A DNA stretch of 64,000 bases from Centroscyllium fabricii (lineage: Eukaryota): assembly GCA_051313645.2 (NCBI GenBank), contig JBNRSN020000010.1, positions 36,146,001 to 36,210,000 of the forward strand. The letters are read 5' to 3'. The notes beneath the pieces are model-generated. The model saw only the letters and a program-made list of their open reading frames with translations, did no database searches and had not been told where the DNA came from. The position numbers and the translations under genes were made by a program. Position 1 is the first letter of the stretch. Each line of letters begins with the position of its first letter. Below, piece by piece: positions 36,088 to 48,868 of this stretch.

Positions 36088-36413
36088 GTACCAGGCCTCC
36101 TTCATACAACAGAGGAAGCAACTGTTTAGTTCTATGAAGCGTCTCCCCTTAGTATGTACAGCACTACCCCAGCAATACATTCTCGATAGCAAACTGGAAT
36201 AGGAATCCTGTCTAACATTTGCCCTCCCTCGGCCCAGGGCATTAAAGGCAATTGGAGCTGTCCTCACTGTCGAACACCTGAGATCAGGTAATCCGCACTG
36301 ACCAGGTATTGAACCTGTCTGCTACCCTGATCTGTACACTCGACATTGCACCATTTAGTCACAAAGCCATGGGGGAGCTTTTCAAATGTATGTTCAAGCA
36401 CATTGGGTGGGAA

Positions 36414-36798
36414 TAGGGTGGCCATCCCTCCTGGATTTCCCTGGAGTCTCCAGGAATGAAAGAAGAATCTCCCGGACACTTGCTGCGAGCAAACCCGGGA
36501 GAGAAATCATAGAGGTGTTTAAAAACAATAGTGTTTTATTTTCTTTGAACATTTTTGTATAATTAGTTATAAAAATATTGGACACGGGTGGTGGGAAAGG
36601 ATGGACTGACGATCAAGAATCATCCAATCGGGTAATAAAGAGTTAATTCACTTTCTGATTGGTGGAGGAAGGCGTTGCACCGTGTGGATGGACGTGTCGG
36701 ACGACCGATGGTGGGAGTGTGGGGGCGGGGCGGTTAGAGGTGAGAGGTCATGTGATGAAACCTCCAGGAACACGATCCAATTAGAGTAGGCGACCCGA
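36414..36798. mobile_element. hAT Blackjack-like MITE
   Basis: Termini TAGGGTGGCCA / TAGGCGACCCGA. 8-bp TSD GGTGGGAA / GGTGGGGA. Confidence 0.72.
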
Positions 36799-38397
36799 GG
36801 TGGGGAGTGAGAAATTTACGGAACCTTCTTCACGCCGCTGATGATTTTGGGTAGACTCCGTGATGGGGTGGAAGCTTGTCGGACCGAATCTCTTACTCCA
36901 CGCTTCCTTGTGCGTAAAACCTTGAGCCGCCTTCTCTTCACTGAGTGTAAGAGAGAAAGAGCACATTCTATCTGCGTGTCTCAATGAAATTTCCAACACT
37001 TTCGAGAATACTCAATCACAGTTTGTGTGAGTCACTCACCCAGGGGATAACCTTTGGCGTTTGGACAAACCCATTGAAATTCTCCCACTTTGTCTCCTCG
37101 TAGAATCATCTGCATAGAAGGAGACCATTTGGCCCACTGTGCCTGTGCTAGCTCTTTGAATCAGCTATTCCAGTTACTCCATTCCCGACCCTGCCCTTTC
37201 CCCAGAGATTGTTTTCCTTTTGAAAGTACGTAGCCAATTCCCTTTTGAAAGTTCCTATTGAATATGTTTCCATCCCAATTTCAGGGAGTATATTCCAGAT
37301 CAGCTCAAGTCACTGTGTTAAAAAACAATTCTCCTCATCTCCCCACCCTCCCCAACACCCTTTTTGTGGTTTGTGAGTTTATTCCAGGGAGATGCACAGT
37401 TTGGTGACATCCCCCTTCTCCCCCGCCACCATCCCTCCAATCTGACTTCCTAATCCAGGACACTGAAGGTGACAGTGGCACCTCAGCCATTGTCCAGCTG
37501 AGATCAGTTAACTCGGCATTGACCAGGGACTGACACTTGGGACACTCTTGGCCCCGATGCTTTCAGTTGCGCACTACGGAACTGTACCTATGAATCTGTT
37601 GGTGACCTGTTTGTTACAGTGCTGCCCGTAACCTAACTCGCACCAAGCCCTGTTCACCCAACAACCCTGGCTCCCGGTCGAGCAACATCGCGATTTAAAA
37701 ATTCTCATCCTTGTGTTCAAATCCCTCCATAGCCTTTCCCCTCCCTACCTCTGTAATCGCATCCAGCCTTACAACCAAATTTTCATTGTCAATGTTTGTC
37801 TGATGGTGTTCACGGTGGTTTGTTCATGTGGGTGTTGATGGTGTGGGTGTCAATGCTGGTGGTGTCGATGCTGGTGGTGTTGATGGTGTGGGTGTCGATG
37901 GTGTGGGTGTCGATGGTGTGGGTGTCGATGGTGGGGGTGTCGATGGTGGGGCTGTCGATGGTGGGGGTGTGGATGGTGGCGGTGTCGATGGTGGCGGTGT
38001 GGATGGAGGCGGTGTGGATGGAGGCAGTGTTGATGGTGAGGGTGTCGATGGTGAGAGTGTCGATGATGAGGGTGTCGATGGTGAGGGTGTCGATGGTGAG
38101 GGTGTCAATGGTGAGAGTGTCGATGGTGAGGGTGTCGATGGTGAGGGTGTCGATGGTGAGGGTGTCGATGGTGAGGGTGTCGATGGTGAGGGTGCCGATG
38201 GTGAGGGTGTAGATGGTGAGGGTGTCGATGGTGAGGGTGTCGATGGTGAGGGTGTCGATGGTGAGGGTGTCGATGTTGTGGGTGTCGATGTTGTGGGTGT
38301 CGATGGTGTGGGTGTCGATGGTGTGGGTGTCGATGGTGTGGGTGTCGATGGTGGGGGTGTCGATGGTGGGGCTGTCGATGGTGAGGGTGTCGACGGC

Positions 38398-38800
38398 GGC
38401 GGCACGGTGGCACAGTGGGTAGCACTGTTGTCTCACAGCACTGGAGACCCGGGTTCAAATCCAGCCTCGGGTACTATCTGTGTGGAGTTTGCACATTCTC
38501 CCCGTGTCTGCGTGGGTTTCCTCCGGGTGCTCCGGTTTCCTCCCACAGTCCAAAGATGTGCGGGTTAGGTTGATTGGCCGTGATAAATTGACCCTTAGTG
38601 TTAGGGGGATTGAATATGTGGGGTTACGGGGATAGGGTGGGATATGTGTCAGTGCAGGCTCGATAGGGATCGAGGGATATGGGGACAAGGCAGGGGTGGG
38701 GTACTGGGTTTGGATGATCAGCCATGATCTCATTGAATGGCGGAGCAGGCTCGAAGGGCCGAATGGCCTACTCCTGCTCCTAGTTTCTATGTTTCTATGA
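38398..38800 (+). mobile_element. HE1-like V-SINE fused to a CR1 3' end (copy 1)
   Basis: tRNA head plus V-domain, switching after ggctcgat to a CR1 3' UTR ending ctatgtttctatg. Confidence 0.85.
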
Positions 38801-40847
38801 TGTTGTGTGTGTCGATGTGGGTGTCGATGGTGAGGGTGTCGACGGTGTTGCTGGTGATGGTGTTGATGGTGAGGGTGTTGATGGTGAGGGTGTTGATGGT
38901 GAGGGTGCTGATGGTGAGAGTGTTGATGGTGAGAGTGTTGATGGTGAGAGTGTCGATGGTGAGGGTGTCGATGGTGAGAGTGTCGATGGTGAGGGTGTCG
39001 ATGGTGAGGGTGTCGATGGTGAGGGTGTCGATGGTGAGGGTGTCGATGGTGAGGGTGTCGATGGTGAGAGTGTCGATGGTGAGGGTGTCGATGGTGAGGG
39101 TGTCGATGGTGAGAGTGTCGATGGTGAGGGTGTCGATGGTGAGGGTGTCGATGGTGATGGTGTTGATGGTGATGGTGAGAGTGTTGATGGTGAGTATGAT
39201 GATGGTGAGTGTTGATGATGAGAGTGTCGATGGTGATGGTGTTGATGGTGAGGGTGTTGATGGTGACGATGTCGATGGTGAGGGTGTCGATGGTGAGGGT
39301 GTCGATGGTGAGAGTGTTGATGGTGAGGGTGTCGACAGTGAGGGTGTCGATGGTGAGGGTGTTGATGGTGAGGGTGTTGATGGTGACGATGTCGATGGTG
39401 AAGGTGTCGATGGTGAGGGTGTCGATGGTGAGGGTGTCGATGGTGAGTGTCGATGGTGAGGGTGTCGATGGTGAGGGTGTCGATGGTGAGGTTCTCGATG
39501 GTGAGGGTGTTGATGGTGATGGTGTTGATGGTGAGGGTGTTGATGGTGTGGATGTCGATGGTGAGGGTGTCGATGGTGATGGTGTCGATGGTGAGGGTGT
39601 CGATGGTGAGGGTGTTGATGGTGAGGGTGTTGATGGTGACGATGTCGATGGTGAAGGTGTCGATGGTGAGGGTGTCGATGGTGAGGGTGTCGATGGTGAG
39701 AGTGTTGATGGTGAGGGTGTCGATGGTGAGGGTGTCGATGGTGAGGTTCTCGATGGTGAGGGTGTTGATGGTGATGGTGTTGATGGTGAGGGTGTTGATG
39801 GTGTGGATGTCGATGGTGAGGGTGTCGATGGTGATGGTGTCGATGGTGAGGGTGTCGATGGTGAGGGTGTCGATGGTGAGGGTGTCGATGGTGAGGGTGT
39901 CGATGGTGAGGGTGTCGATGGTGAGGGTGTCGATGGTGAGGGTGTCGATGGTGATGGTGTTGATGGTGATGGTGAGAGTGTTGATGGTGAGTATGATGAT
40001 GGTGAGTGTTGATGATGAGAGTGTCGATGGTGATGGTGTTGATGGTGAGGGTGTTGATGGTGACGATGTCGATGGTGAGGGTGTCGATGGTGAGGGTGTC
40101 GATGGTGAGAGCGTTGATGGTGAGGGTATCGACAGTGAGGGTGTCGATGGTGAGGGTGTTGATGGTGAGGGTGACGATGTCGATGGTGAAGGTGTCGATG
40201 GTGAGGGTGTCGATGGTGAGGGTGTCGATGGTGAGAGTGTCGATGGTGAGGGTGTCGATGGTGAGGGTGTCGATGGTGAGGTTCTCGATGGTGAGGGTGT
40301 TGATGGTGATGGTGTTGATGGTGAGGGTGTTGATGGTGTGGATGTCGATGGTGAGGGTGTCGATGGTGATGGTGTCGATGTTGAGGGTGTCGATGGTGAG
40401 GGTGTTGATGGTGAGGGTGTCGATGGTGAGAGTGTTGATGGTGAGGGTGTCGATGGTGAGGGTGTCGATGGTGAGGTTCTCGATGGTGAGGGTGTTGATG
40501 GTGATGGTGTTGATGGTGAGGGTGTTGATGGTGTGGATGTCGATGGTGAGGGTGTCGATGGTGATGGTGTCGATGGTGAGGGTGTCGATGGTGAGGGTGT
40601 CGATGGTGAGGGTGTCGATGGTGAGGGTGTCGATGGTGAGGGTGTCGATGGTGAGAGTGTTGATGGTGAGAGTGTTGATGGTGAGGGTGTTGATGGTGAG
40701 GGTGTTGATGGTGTGGATGTCGATGGTGAGAGTGTCGATGGTGAGGGTGTCGATGGTGATGGTGTCGATGGTGATGGTGTCGATGGTGAGGGTGTCGATG
40801 GTGAGGGTGTCGATGGTGAGGGTGTCGATGGTGAGGGTGTCGACGGC

Positions 40848-41250
40848 AGCGGCACGGTGGCACAGTGGGTAGCACTGTTGTCACACAGCACTGGAGACCC
40901 GGGTTCAAATCCAGCCTCGGGTACTATCTGTGTGGAGTTTGCACATTCTCCCCGTGTCTGCGTGGGTTTCCTCCGGGTGCTCCGGTTTCCTCCCACAGTC
41001 CAAAGATGTGCGGGTTAGGTTGATTGGCCGTGATAAATTGACCCTTAGTGTTAGGGGGATTGAATATGTGGGGTTACGGGGATAGGGTGGGATATGTGTC
41101 AGTGCAGGCTCGATAGGGATCGAGGGATATGGGGACAAGGCAGGGGTTGGGTACTGGGTTTGGATGATCAGCCATGATCTCATTGAATGGCGGAGCAGGC
41201 TCGAAGGGCCGAATGGCCTACTCCTGCTCCTAGTTTCTATGTTTCTATGA
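40848..41250 (+). mobile_element. HE1-like V-SINE fused to a CR1 3' end (copy 2)
   Basis: Nearly identical to 38398-38800, offset by 2450 bp. Confidence 0.85.
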
Positions 41251-43659
41251 TGTTGTGGGTGTCGATGGTGAGGGTGTCGACGGTGTTGCTGGTGATGGTG
41301 TTGATGGTGAGGGTGTTGATGGTGAGGGTGTTGATGGTGAGGGTGCTGATGGTGAGAGTGTTGATGGTGAGAGTGTCGATGGTGAGGGTGTCGATAGTGA
41401 GGGTGTCGATAGTGAGAGTGTCGATGGTGAGGGTGTCGATGGTGAGAGTGTCGATGGTGAGGGTGTCGATGGTGAGGGTGTCGATGGTGAGAGTGTCGAT
41501 GGTGAGGGTGTCGATGGTGAGGGTGTCGATGGTGAGGGTGTCGATGGTGAGGGTGTCGATGGTGAGGGTGTCGATGGTGAGAGTGTCGATGGTGAGGGTG
41601 TCGATGGTGATGGTGTTGATGGTGATGGTGAGAGTGTTGATGGTGAGTATGATGATGGTGAGTGTTGATGATGAGAGTGTCGATGGTGATGGTGTTGATG
41701 GTGAGGGTGTTGATGGTGACGATGTCGATGGTGAGGGTGTCGATGGTGAGGGTGTCGATGGTGAGAGTGTTGATGGTGAGGGTGTCGACAGTGAGGGTGT
41801 CGATGGTGAGGGTGTTGATGGTGAGGGTGTTGATGGTGACGATGTCGATGGTGAAGGTGTCGATGGTGAGGGTGTCGATGGTGAGGGTGTCGATGGTGAG
41901 AGTGTCGATGGTGAGGGTGTCGATGGTGAGGGTGTCGATGGTGAGGTTCTCGATGGTGAGGGTGTTGATGGTGATGGTGTTGATGGTGAGGGTGTTAATG
42001 GTGTGGATGTCGATGGTGAGGGTGTCGATGGTGATGGTGTCGATAGTGAGGGTGTCGATGGTGAGGGTGTCGATGGTGAGGGTGTCGATGGTGAGGGTGT
42101 CGATGGTGAGGGTGTCGATGGTGATGGTGTTGATGGTGAGGGTGTTGATGGTGTGGATGTCGATGGTGAGGGTGTCGATGGTGATGGTGTCGATAGTGAG
42201 GGTGTCGATGGTGAGGGTGTCGATGGTGATGGTGTCGATAGTGAGGGTGTCGATGGTGAGGGTGTTGATGGTGAGGGTGTTGATGGTGAGGGTGTTGATG
42301 GTGTGGATGTCGATGGTGAGGGTGTCGATGGTGAGGGTGTTGATGGTGAGAGTGTTGATGGTGAGGGTGTTGATGGTGAGGGTGTTGATGGTGATGGTGT
42401 TGATGGTGAGAGTGTTGATGGTGAGGGTGTCGATGGTGAGGGTGTCGATGGTGAGAGTGTTGATGGTGATGGTGAGAGTGTTGATGGTGAGTATGATGAT
42501 GGTGAGTGTTGATGGTGAGAGTGTCGATGGTGATGGTGTTGATAGTGAGGGTGTTGATGGTGAGGGTGTTGATGGTGATGGTGTCGATGGTGAGGGTGTT
42601 GATGGTGAGGGTGTTGATGGTGATGGTGAGAGTGTTGATGGTGAGTATGATGATGGTGAGTGTTGATGGTGAGAGTGTCGATGGTGATGGTGTTGATAGT
42701 GAGGGTGTTGATGGTGAGGGTGTTGATGGTGAGAGTGTCGATGGTGAGAGTGTTGATGGTGAGGGTGTCGATGGTGAGGGTGTCGATGGTGAGGGTGTTG
42801 ATGGTGAGGGTGTTGATGGTGATGGTGTCGATGGTGAGGGTGTCGATAGTGAGGGTGTTGATGGTGAGGGTGTTGATGGTGATGGTGTCGATGGTGAGGG
42901 TGTTGATGGTGAGGGTGTCGATGGTGAGGGTGTCGATGGTGAGAGTGTCGATGGTGAGAGTGTTGATGGTGAGGGTGTCGATGGTGAGGGTGTCGATGGT
43001 GAGGGTGTCGATGGTGATGGTGTTGATGGTGAGAGTGTTGATGGTGAGTATGATGATGGTGAGTGTTGATGGTGAGAGTGTCGATGGTGATGGTGTTGAT
43101 AGTGAGGGTGTTGATGGTGAGGGTGTTGATGGTGATGGTGTCGATGGTGAGGGTGTTGATGGTGAGGGTGTCGATGGTGAGGGTGTCGATGGTGAGAGTT
43201 TTGATGGTGAGGGTGTTGATGGTGACGATGTCGATGGTGAGGGTGTCAATGGTGAGAGTGTTGATGGTGAGGGTGTCGATGGTGAGGGTGTCGATGGTGA
43301 GGGTGTTGATGGTGAGGGTGTTGATGGTGTCGATGTCGATGGTGAAGGTGTCGATGGTGAGGGTGTTGATGGTGAGGGTGTCGATGGTGAGAGTGTTGAT
43401 GGTGAGGGTGTCGATGGTGAGGGTGTCGATGGTGAGGTTCTCGATGGTGAGGGTGTTGATGGTGATGGTGTTGATGGTGAGGGTGTTGATGGTGATGGTG
43501 TCGATGGTGAGGGTGTCGATGGTGAGGGTGTCGATGGTGAGGGTGTCGATGGTGAGGGTGTCGATGGTGAGGGTGTCGATGGTGAGAGTGTTGATGGTGA
43601 GAGTGTTGATGGTGAGGGTGTTGATGGTGATATTGTTGATGGTGAGAGTGTTGATGGTG

Positions 43660-44242
43660 CGGGCCTTTGTTGGGCCGTGGTCAGTAAATGTCTAGCATAG
43701 ACATCGTTTGGTGCCTTAGTATATAGTTCTGTCAGTGCTTGGATTACCTCATTATAGTTATCCAGTTTATCAACATATTCATGTATGTTTGGGGACACAT
43801 AATTCACAAGTAACCGTAGTTTGGTAGAGGCATCCTCATAACATTCTTCAAGAAAATTCTCAAAAGTATGGAACCAATGCTTCCATACCTTGGCAGCTGC
43901 TGGTCCATTTGGGTCCAGATCCAGGCGAGTCGGTTTGAGGAGGCTTTCCATGATGGGTTGGTCCCTGGATCCTCAGTTCCGTGCTGTCCAAAAGTTTTAA
44001 AGATTTTGAGCGTGAAGTTTTTAGTGGATTAAATTGATGTAATAATGGAGTCTGATACATCAATAACTTCTTTAATCCACTATATTATCACTATGTACAA
44101 AGATGGGTTTTATTATGCTTTCAGGTGAAGCGTTCACCCCATACTGAGCAGTTCCAGTATTTATACTAACAGAAAACAGGAAGTGACATGTACAGAGTTC
44201 ACCTCTTAGCCTTCCCCCGGAAGTCTGTTCAATATTACCACA
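43660..44242 (-). mobile_element. Truncated Gypsy (Mag-like) element C: 5' LTR (44035-44242), non-tRNA PBS and gag N-terminus
   Basis: TGTGGTAAT...ACATCA LTR. Gag MESLLKPTRLDLDPN...WKHW...YARHLL (ATG at 43951) is homologous to the Gag of A, B and D. Satellite lies on both sides. Confidence 0.85.
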
Positions 44243-44851
44243 GTGAGGGTGTCGATGGTGATGGTGTTGATGGTGAGGGTGTGGATGGTGATGGTGTCGA
44301 TGGTAAGGGTGTCAATGGCGATGGTGTCAATGGTGAGGGTGTCAATGGTGAGGGTGTCGATGGTGAGGGTGTTGATGGTGAGGGTGTTGATGGGGAGAGT
44401 GTTGATGATGAGGGTGTTGATGGTGAGGGTGTCGATGGTGAGGGTGTCGATGGTGAGGGTGTCGATGGTGAGGGTGTCGATGGTGAGGGTGTCGATGGTA
44501 TGGGTGTCGATGCTGAGGGTGTCGATGCTGAGGGTGTCAAAGGTGAGGGTGTCGAAGGTGAGGGTGTCGATGGTGAGGGTGTCAATGGTGAGGGTGTCAA
44601 TGGTGAGGGTGTCGATGGTGAGGGTGTCGATGGTGAGGGTGTCAATGGTGAGGGTGTCGATGGTGAGGGTGTCGATGGTGTGGGTGTCGATGGTGTGGGT
44701 GTCGATGCTGAGGGTGTCGATGTTGAGGGTGTCGATGTTGAGGGTGTCGATGCTGAGGGCGTCGATGGTGTGGGTGTCGATGTTGAGGGTGTCAGTGGTG
44801 TCAATGTTGAGGGTGTCGATGGTGTCTGTGTTGGTCAGTCATAGAGTCACA

Positions 44852-45613
44852 GGGGGAAAAATTGGTCAGCGCGCGGTTTGGGGTGCTGCAGTGGGCGCAG
44901 CGCTATAATTAGCGCCCTGCACAAATTAGCGCCGGAGCCCCTGATATTCGCTTTAGCGTCAGCCTTGCAGTTTGCAGCGCTAAATCAAGTGTTGCACGGG
45001 TGCAAACGGCCAATATTCAGGCGCTAAGTGGCGAACGCGGGGTCAGTGCTCCATCTGCCAGTCCTGGCCTTCCCAGCAATGCTGGTGCCGGTCAGCTCTT
45101 AAAGGGGTAGGGGAAACAGTCTATGATGTCTCCTAAACTGCTTCTATCTCTCTCTGTAACTCTCCTAACCTCCATTTGTATGTCTCCGATCTCCCCTCAT
45201 CTCCCTCTGTCTCTCTCTGTAACTCTCCTAACCTCCCTCTGTATGTTTCCAATCTCCCACAAAATGGCCACCGCACGAAAGGGAGGAAATGTCTCCCTTT
45301 AAAGAACGCCCCAGTGGCTCCACATCACCTCAGCTGCGTTCGTGAAAGCTGGTGCAGGCAGCGCTGGTCGTCAGTTAGGCGGCCGCTCGTCAATTTCAGG
45401 TGCAGCCCTGGGGGCAGCCATTGCACCAGGATATCACGAGGATATCAGCAATGATTCAGGTGTGCCCAGCAGCGGGCGCTAACAGTTAGCGCCGGCGGCG
45501 TTCACTTGGCGAATTTTGGGCGCAGCGCAAAATTTTTAGCGGCCAGCACTAAAACCTCTTGCGCCCATTTTTGGGCGCTAATGGGCCGGTGCTAGAGTGC
45601 CAATTTAACCCCC
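44852..45613. mobile_element. Probable PIF/Harbinger-like MITE
   Basis: Termini GGGGGAAAAATTGG / CCAATTTAACCCCC. Interrupts the (catagagt)n tail of a CR1, with 3-bp flanks ACA/ATA. Confidence 0.55.
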
Positions 45614-47630
45614 ATAGAGTCATACAGCACAGGAAGAGGCCCTTCGGCCCATCGCTTCCGTGCCGGCCATCAAGCCCTGTGTATTCTAATCCCATTTTCC
45701 AGCATTTGGTCCGTAGCCTTGTATGCTATGGCATTTCAAGTGCTCATCTAAATGCTTCTTGAATGTTGTGAGGGTTCCTGCCTCCACCACCCTTTCAGGC
45801 AGTGAGTTCCCGATTCCAACCGCCCTCTGGGTGAAAAAATTCTTCCTCAAATCCCCTCTAAACCTCCTGCCCCTTACCTTGAAACTATGTCCCCTTGTTA
45901 TTGACCCCTCTACTAAGGGGAACAGTTCCTTTCTATCTACCCTATCTATGCCCCTCATAATTTTGTCCACCTCAATCAAGTCCCCCCTCAGCCTTCTCTG
46001 CTCCAAGGAAAACAACCCCAGCCTGTCCAGTCTTTCTTCATAGCTGAAGCGCTCCAGCCCAGGTAACATCCTGGTGAATCTCCTCTGCACCCTCTCCAAA
46101 GCAATCGCGTCCTTCCTATAGTGTGGCGACCAGAACTGCACACAGTACTCCAGCTGTGGCCTTAACAGCGTTTTGTACAGCTCCATCATAACCTCCCTAC
46201 TCTTATATTCTATGCCTCGGATAATGAAGGCAACTATCCCCATATGCCTTTTTAACCACCTTATCCACCTGTCCTGCTGCCTTCAGGGATCTATGTACAT
46301 GCACACCAAGGTCCCTCTGATCCTCTGTCTTTCCTAGGGTCTTACCATTTATTGTGTATTCCCTTGCCTTGTTAGTCCTTCCAAAATGCATCACCTCACA
46401 CTTTTCAGGGTTAAATTCCATTTGCTACTCTTCGACCCATCTATATCGTCCTGCAGACTGAAGCTTCCCTCTTCGCTATTTACCACCCCACCAATTTTCG
46501 CGTCGTCTGCAAACTTACTGATCATACCTTTTACATTCATATCCAAATCATTAATATAGACTACAAACAGCAAGGGACCCAGCACCGATCCCTGCGGTAC
46601 CCCACTGGACACAGGCTTCCAGTCACAAAAACATCCTTCGACCATCACCCTCTGCCTTCTGCCACTAAGCCAGTTTTGGATCCAATGTGCCAAGGTGCCC
46701 TGGATCCCATGGGCTCTTACCTTCTTGACCAGTCTCCTATGCGGGACTTTATGAAAAGCCTTACTGAAATCCATGTCTACCACATCCACTGCACTACCCT
46801 CATCCACGCACCTAGTCACCCCCTCGAAAAATTCAATCAAATTGGTCAGACATGATCTTCCCTTGACAAAGCCATGCTGACTATCCTTGATTAATCCTTG
46901 CCTCTCCAAGTGGAGACTAATTCTGTCCCACAGAATTTTTTCCAATAATTTCCCTACCACTGATGTTAGGCTCACTGGCCTGTAATTCCCTGGTTTATCC
47001 CCACTACCCTTCTTGAATAATGGTACTTGAATAATGGTACTACGTCGGAGTTCGGAGCTCGGGGGAGCCGGGATTGGGCACCTGGAGGAGAGCCAGGCGA
47101 GGCCCCAGGCCTTGGTCCGGAGTTCGGGGAAGTCGGAATGGCGCTTGGACAAAGGTTAGGCCCCAGGGCTCAGGACGCTGCACCCGGAGTTCGGAGCTCC
47201 GTGGATTCGGGGGAGCCGGCATGGTGTCGGGCAGAAATGGAGTCAAGTCAGGAGTAACATCGGAAGGAACAGCGGCAGAGCAAGTTGACGGAGCGGTAGA
47301 GGACAATTAACATCGAACTAAGTAGCCAGGGCAGGAACGGGACCCACGATGATGGCGCCGGAGAATGGCTGACGTCTTGCGGGCTCGTGCGTGCTGTGCA
47401 GCTTAATGTCCTTGTTGCGTGGTGCGTTCGGGCAGCAGTAAGCATTTCACTGTCTAAATTGTATTTAGTACACGTAACAATAAACTTGAACTTGAACTTG
47501 AGCATAGTAGCCTGGGATACATCTCATCCGTGCCTGGGATTTATCCACTTTTAAGCCTGCTAAAAGCGTTAGTACCTCCTCCCTCTCGATGCTAATATGT
47601 TCAGGTATATCACAGTCCCTTTGCCTGATT
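45614..47630 (-). mobile_element. CR1 LINE, RT and 3' end
   Basis: ORF 46391-47152 (NYRPVSLTS, MDFSKAF, VPQGSVLGPLLF, KFADD), plus ORFs 46203-46421 and 45686-46243. CR1 tail present. Confidence 0.9.
47041..47501 (+). mobile_element. GC-rich retroposed insert with AATAAA-(CTTGAA)n tail
   Basis: Interrupts the CR1. The tail resembles the Rex1-type tail at 5392-5430. No RT coding is visible. Confidence 0.55.
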
Positions 47631-47635
47631 TCTAT

Positions 47636-47885
47636 GTGAGGGTGCCGACGGTGAGGATGTAGACAGTGAGGGTGTCGACGGTGAGGGTGTCGACGGTGAG
47701 GGTGTCGACGGTGAAGGTGTCGACATTGAGGGTGCCGATGGTGAGGGTGCCAATGGTGAGGGTGTCGATGGTGAGGGTGTCGACGGTGAGGGTGTCGATG
47801 TTGAGGGTGCCGATAGTGAGGGTGCCGATGGTGAGGGTGTCGATGGTGAGGGTGTCGATGGTGAGGGTGTTGTTGTGGGTGTGGG
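47636..47885. repeat. Distal block of the 15-bp satellite
   Basis: Same GTGAGGGTGTCGA(T/C)G unit. Confidence 0.9.
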
Positions 47886-48224
47886 TGTTGTGAAGTGGAG
47901 TATGTTTGATAGTTGGGACGTGTACAGATTCTGCAGAGCCTCGCGCTGTTCTAGGTGAGTCAACCTATTGCTGGATCAGCGTTTGAAATAGGTTCCCACA
48001 GCTCCCCTGGCAACTGCTGAATGATTAAAGCCCCGGCCAGTGGGGCCCCCGGCTTCACAGTTGAGTTGCTCACTTCAATGAGTGAGCCTGGGAAAAGTCC
48101 TGGAGTCAGGCGAGAAATAGAGACCTCGGCAGAATGAGCTGCTTTATTGCTTTTAACGAGCAGGGCCTGCCCTTCCCCCCCCATCCTCCGCACCCCATCC
48201 TAATAGCCAGGACTCCATCCTCCT

Positions 48225-48868
48225 TCAGAACAGTTTGAAACTTTGTTACGTCCAGACTTGACTGTTCCAACGCTCCCCTGGCCAGCCTCCCACCTGGCAC
48301 TCTCCGTAAACTTCAGCTCATCCAAAACTCGGCTGCTCCTACCCTAACTTGCACCAAGTCCCGTTCACCCATCACCCCTGTGCTCATTTACATTGGCTCT
48401 CAGTCCGGCAACACCTCAATTAAAAAATCTTCATCCTTGTGTTCAAATTCCTCTATGGCCTTGCCCCATCCTCCCTCTGTAACGCCCCCCACCCGTCCCA
48501 TCTCTACAACCCTTCAAGAACGCTGCGTTCCTCCAACTCTGACCTCCTGTGCATCACCCATTTCCTTCACTCCACTATTGGTGACCGTGCCTTCTGTTGC
48601 CTGCGCCCTAAGCAATGGAATTCCCTCCCTAAACCTCTCCGCCTCTCTATCTCTCTCTGCTCCTTTAAGACGTTCCTTAAAATCTACCTCTTTGGCCAAG
48701 GATTTGGTCACCTGCCCTTCATCTATTTTGATGACGAGACCAGATCTAACCTCATCAGTCTATCTCTTTATGTGGCTCGGTGTCAAATTATCTCTGATAA
48801 CGCTCCTGTGAAGCACCGTGGGACTTTTTACTACATTCAAGGCACTATATAAATGCAAGTTGTTGTTG
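48225..48868 (+). mobile_element. L2 LINE 3' fragment
   Basis: SRLD...LQLIQNSAA...ITPVL and GDRAF...WNSLP motifs, with L2 tail. Confidence 0.75.

Larger units (their letters stand above)
37810..44826. repeat. About 7-kb satellite of 15-bp units (GATGGTGAGGGTGTC)n with higher-order variants
   Basis: Continuous tandem units, interrupted by two SINE copies and an LTR/gag fragment. Confidence 0.97.

Noticed and set aside
37796-44908. Many long ORFs (DGEGV, MVRVS, PSTPS, TIDTL, HHRHP repeats) resembling mucins or His-rich proteins
   Set aside because: They are translations of a 15-bp satellite that lacks stops in five of six frames. There is no splice or domain evidence.
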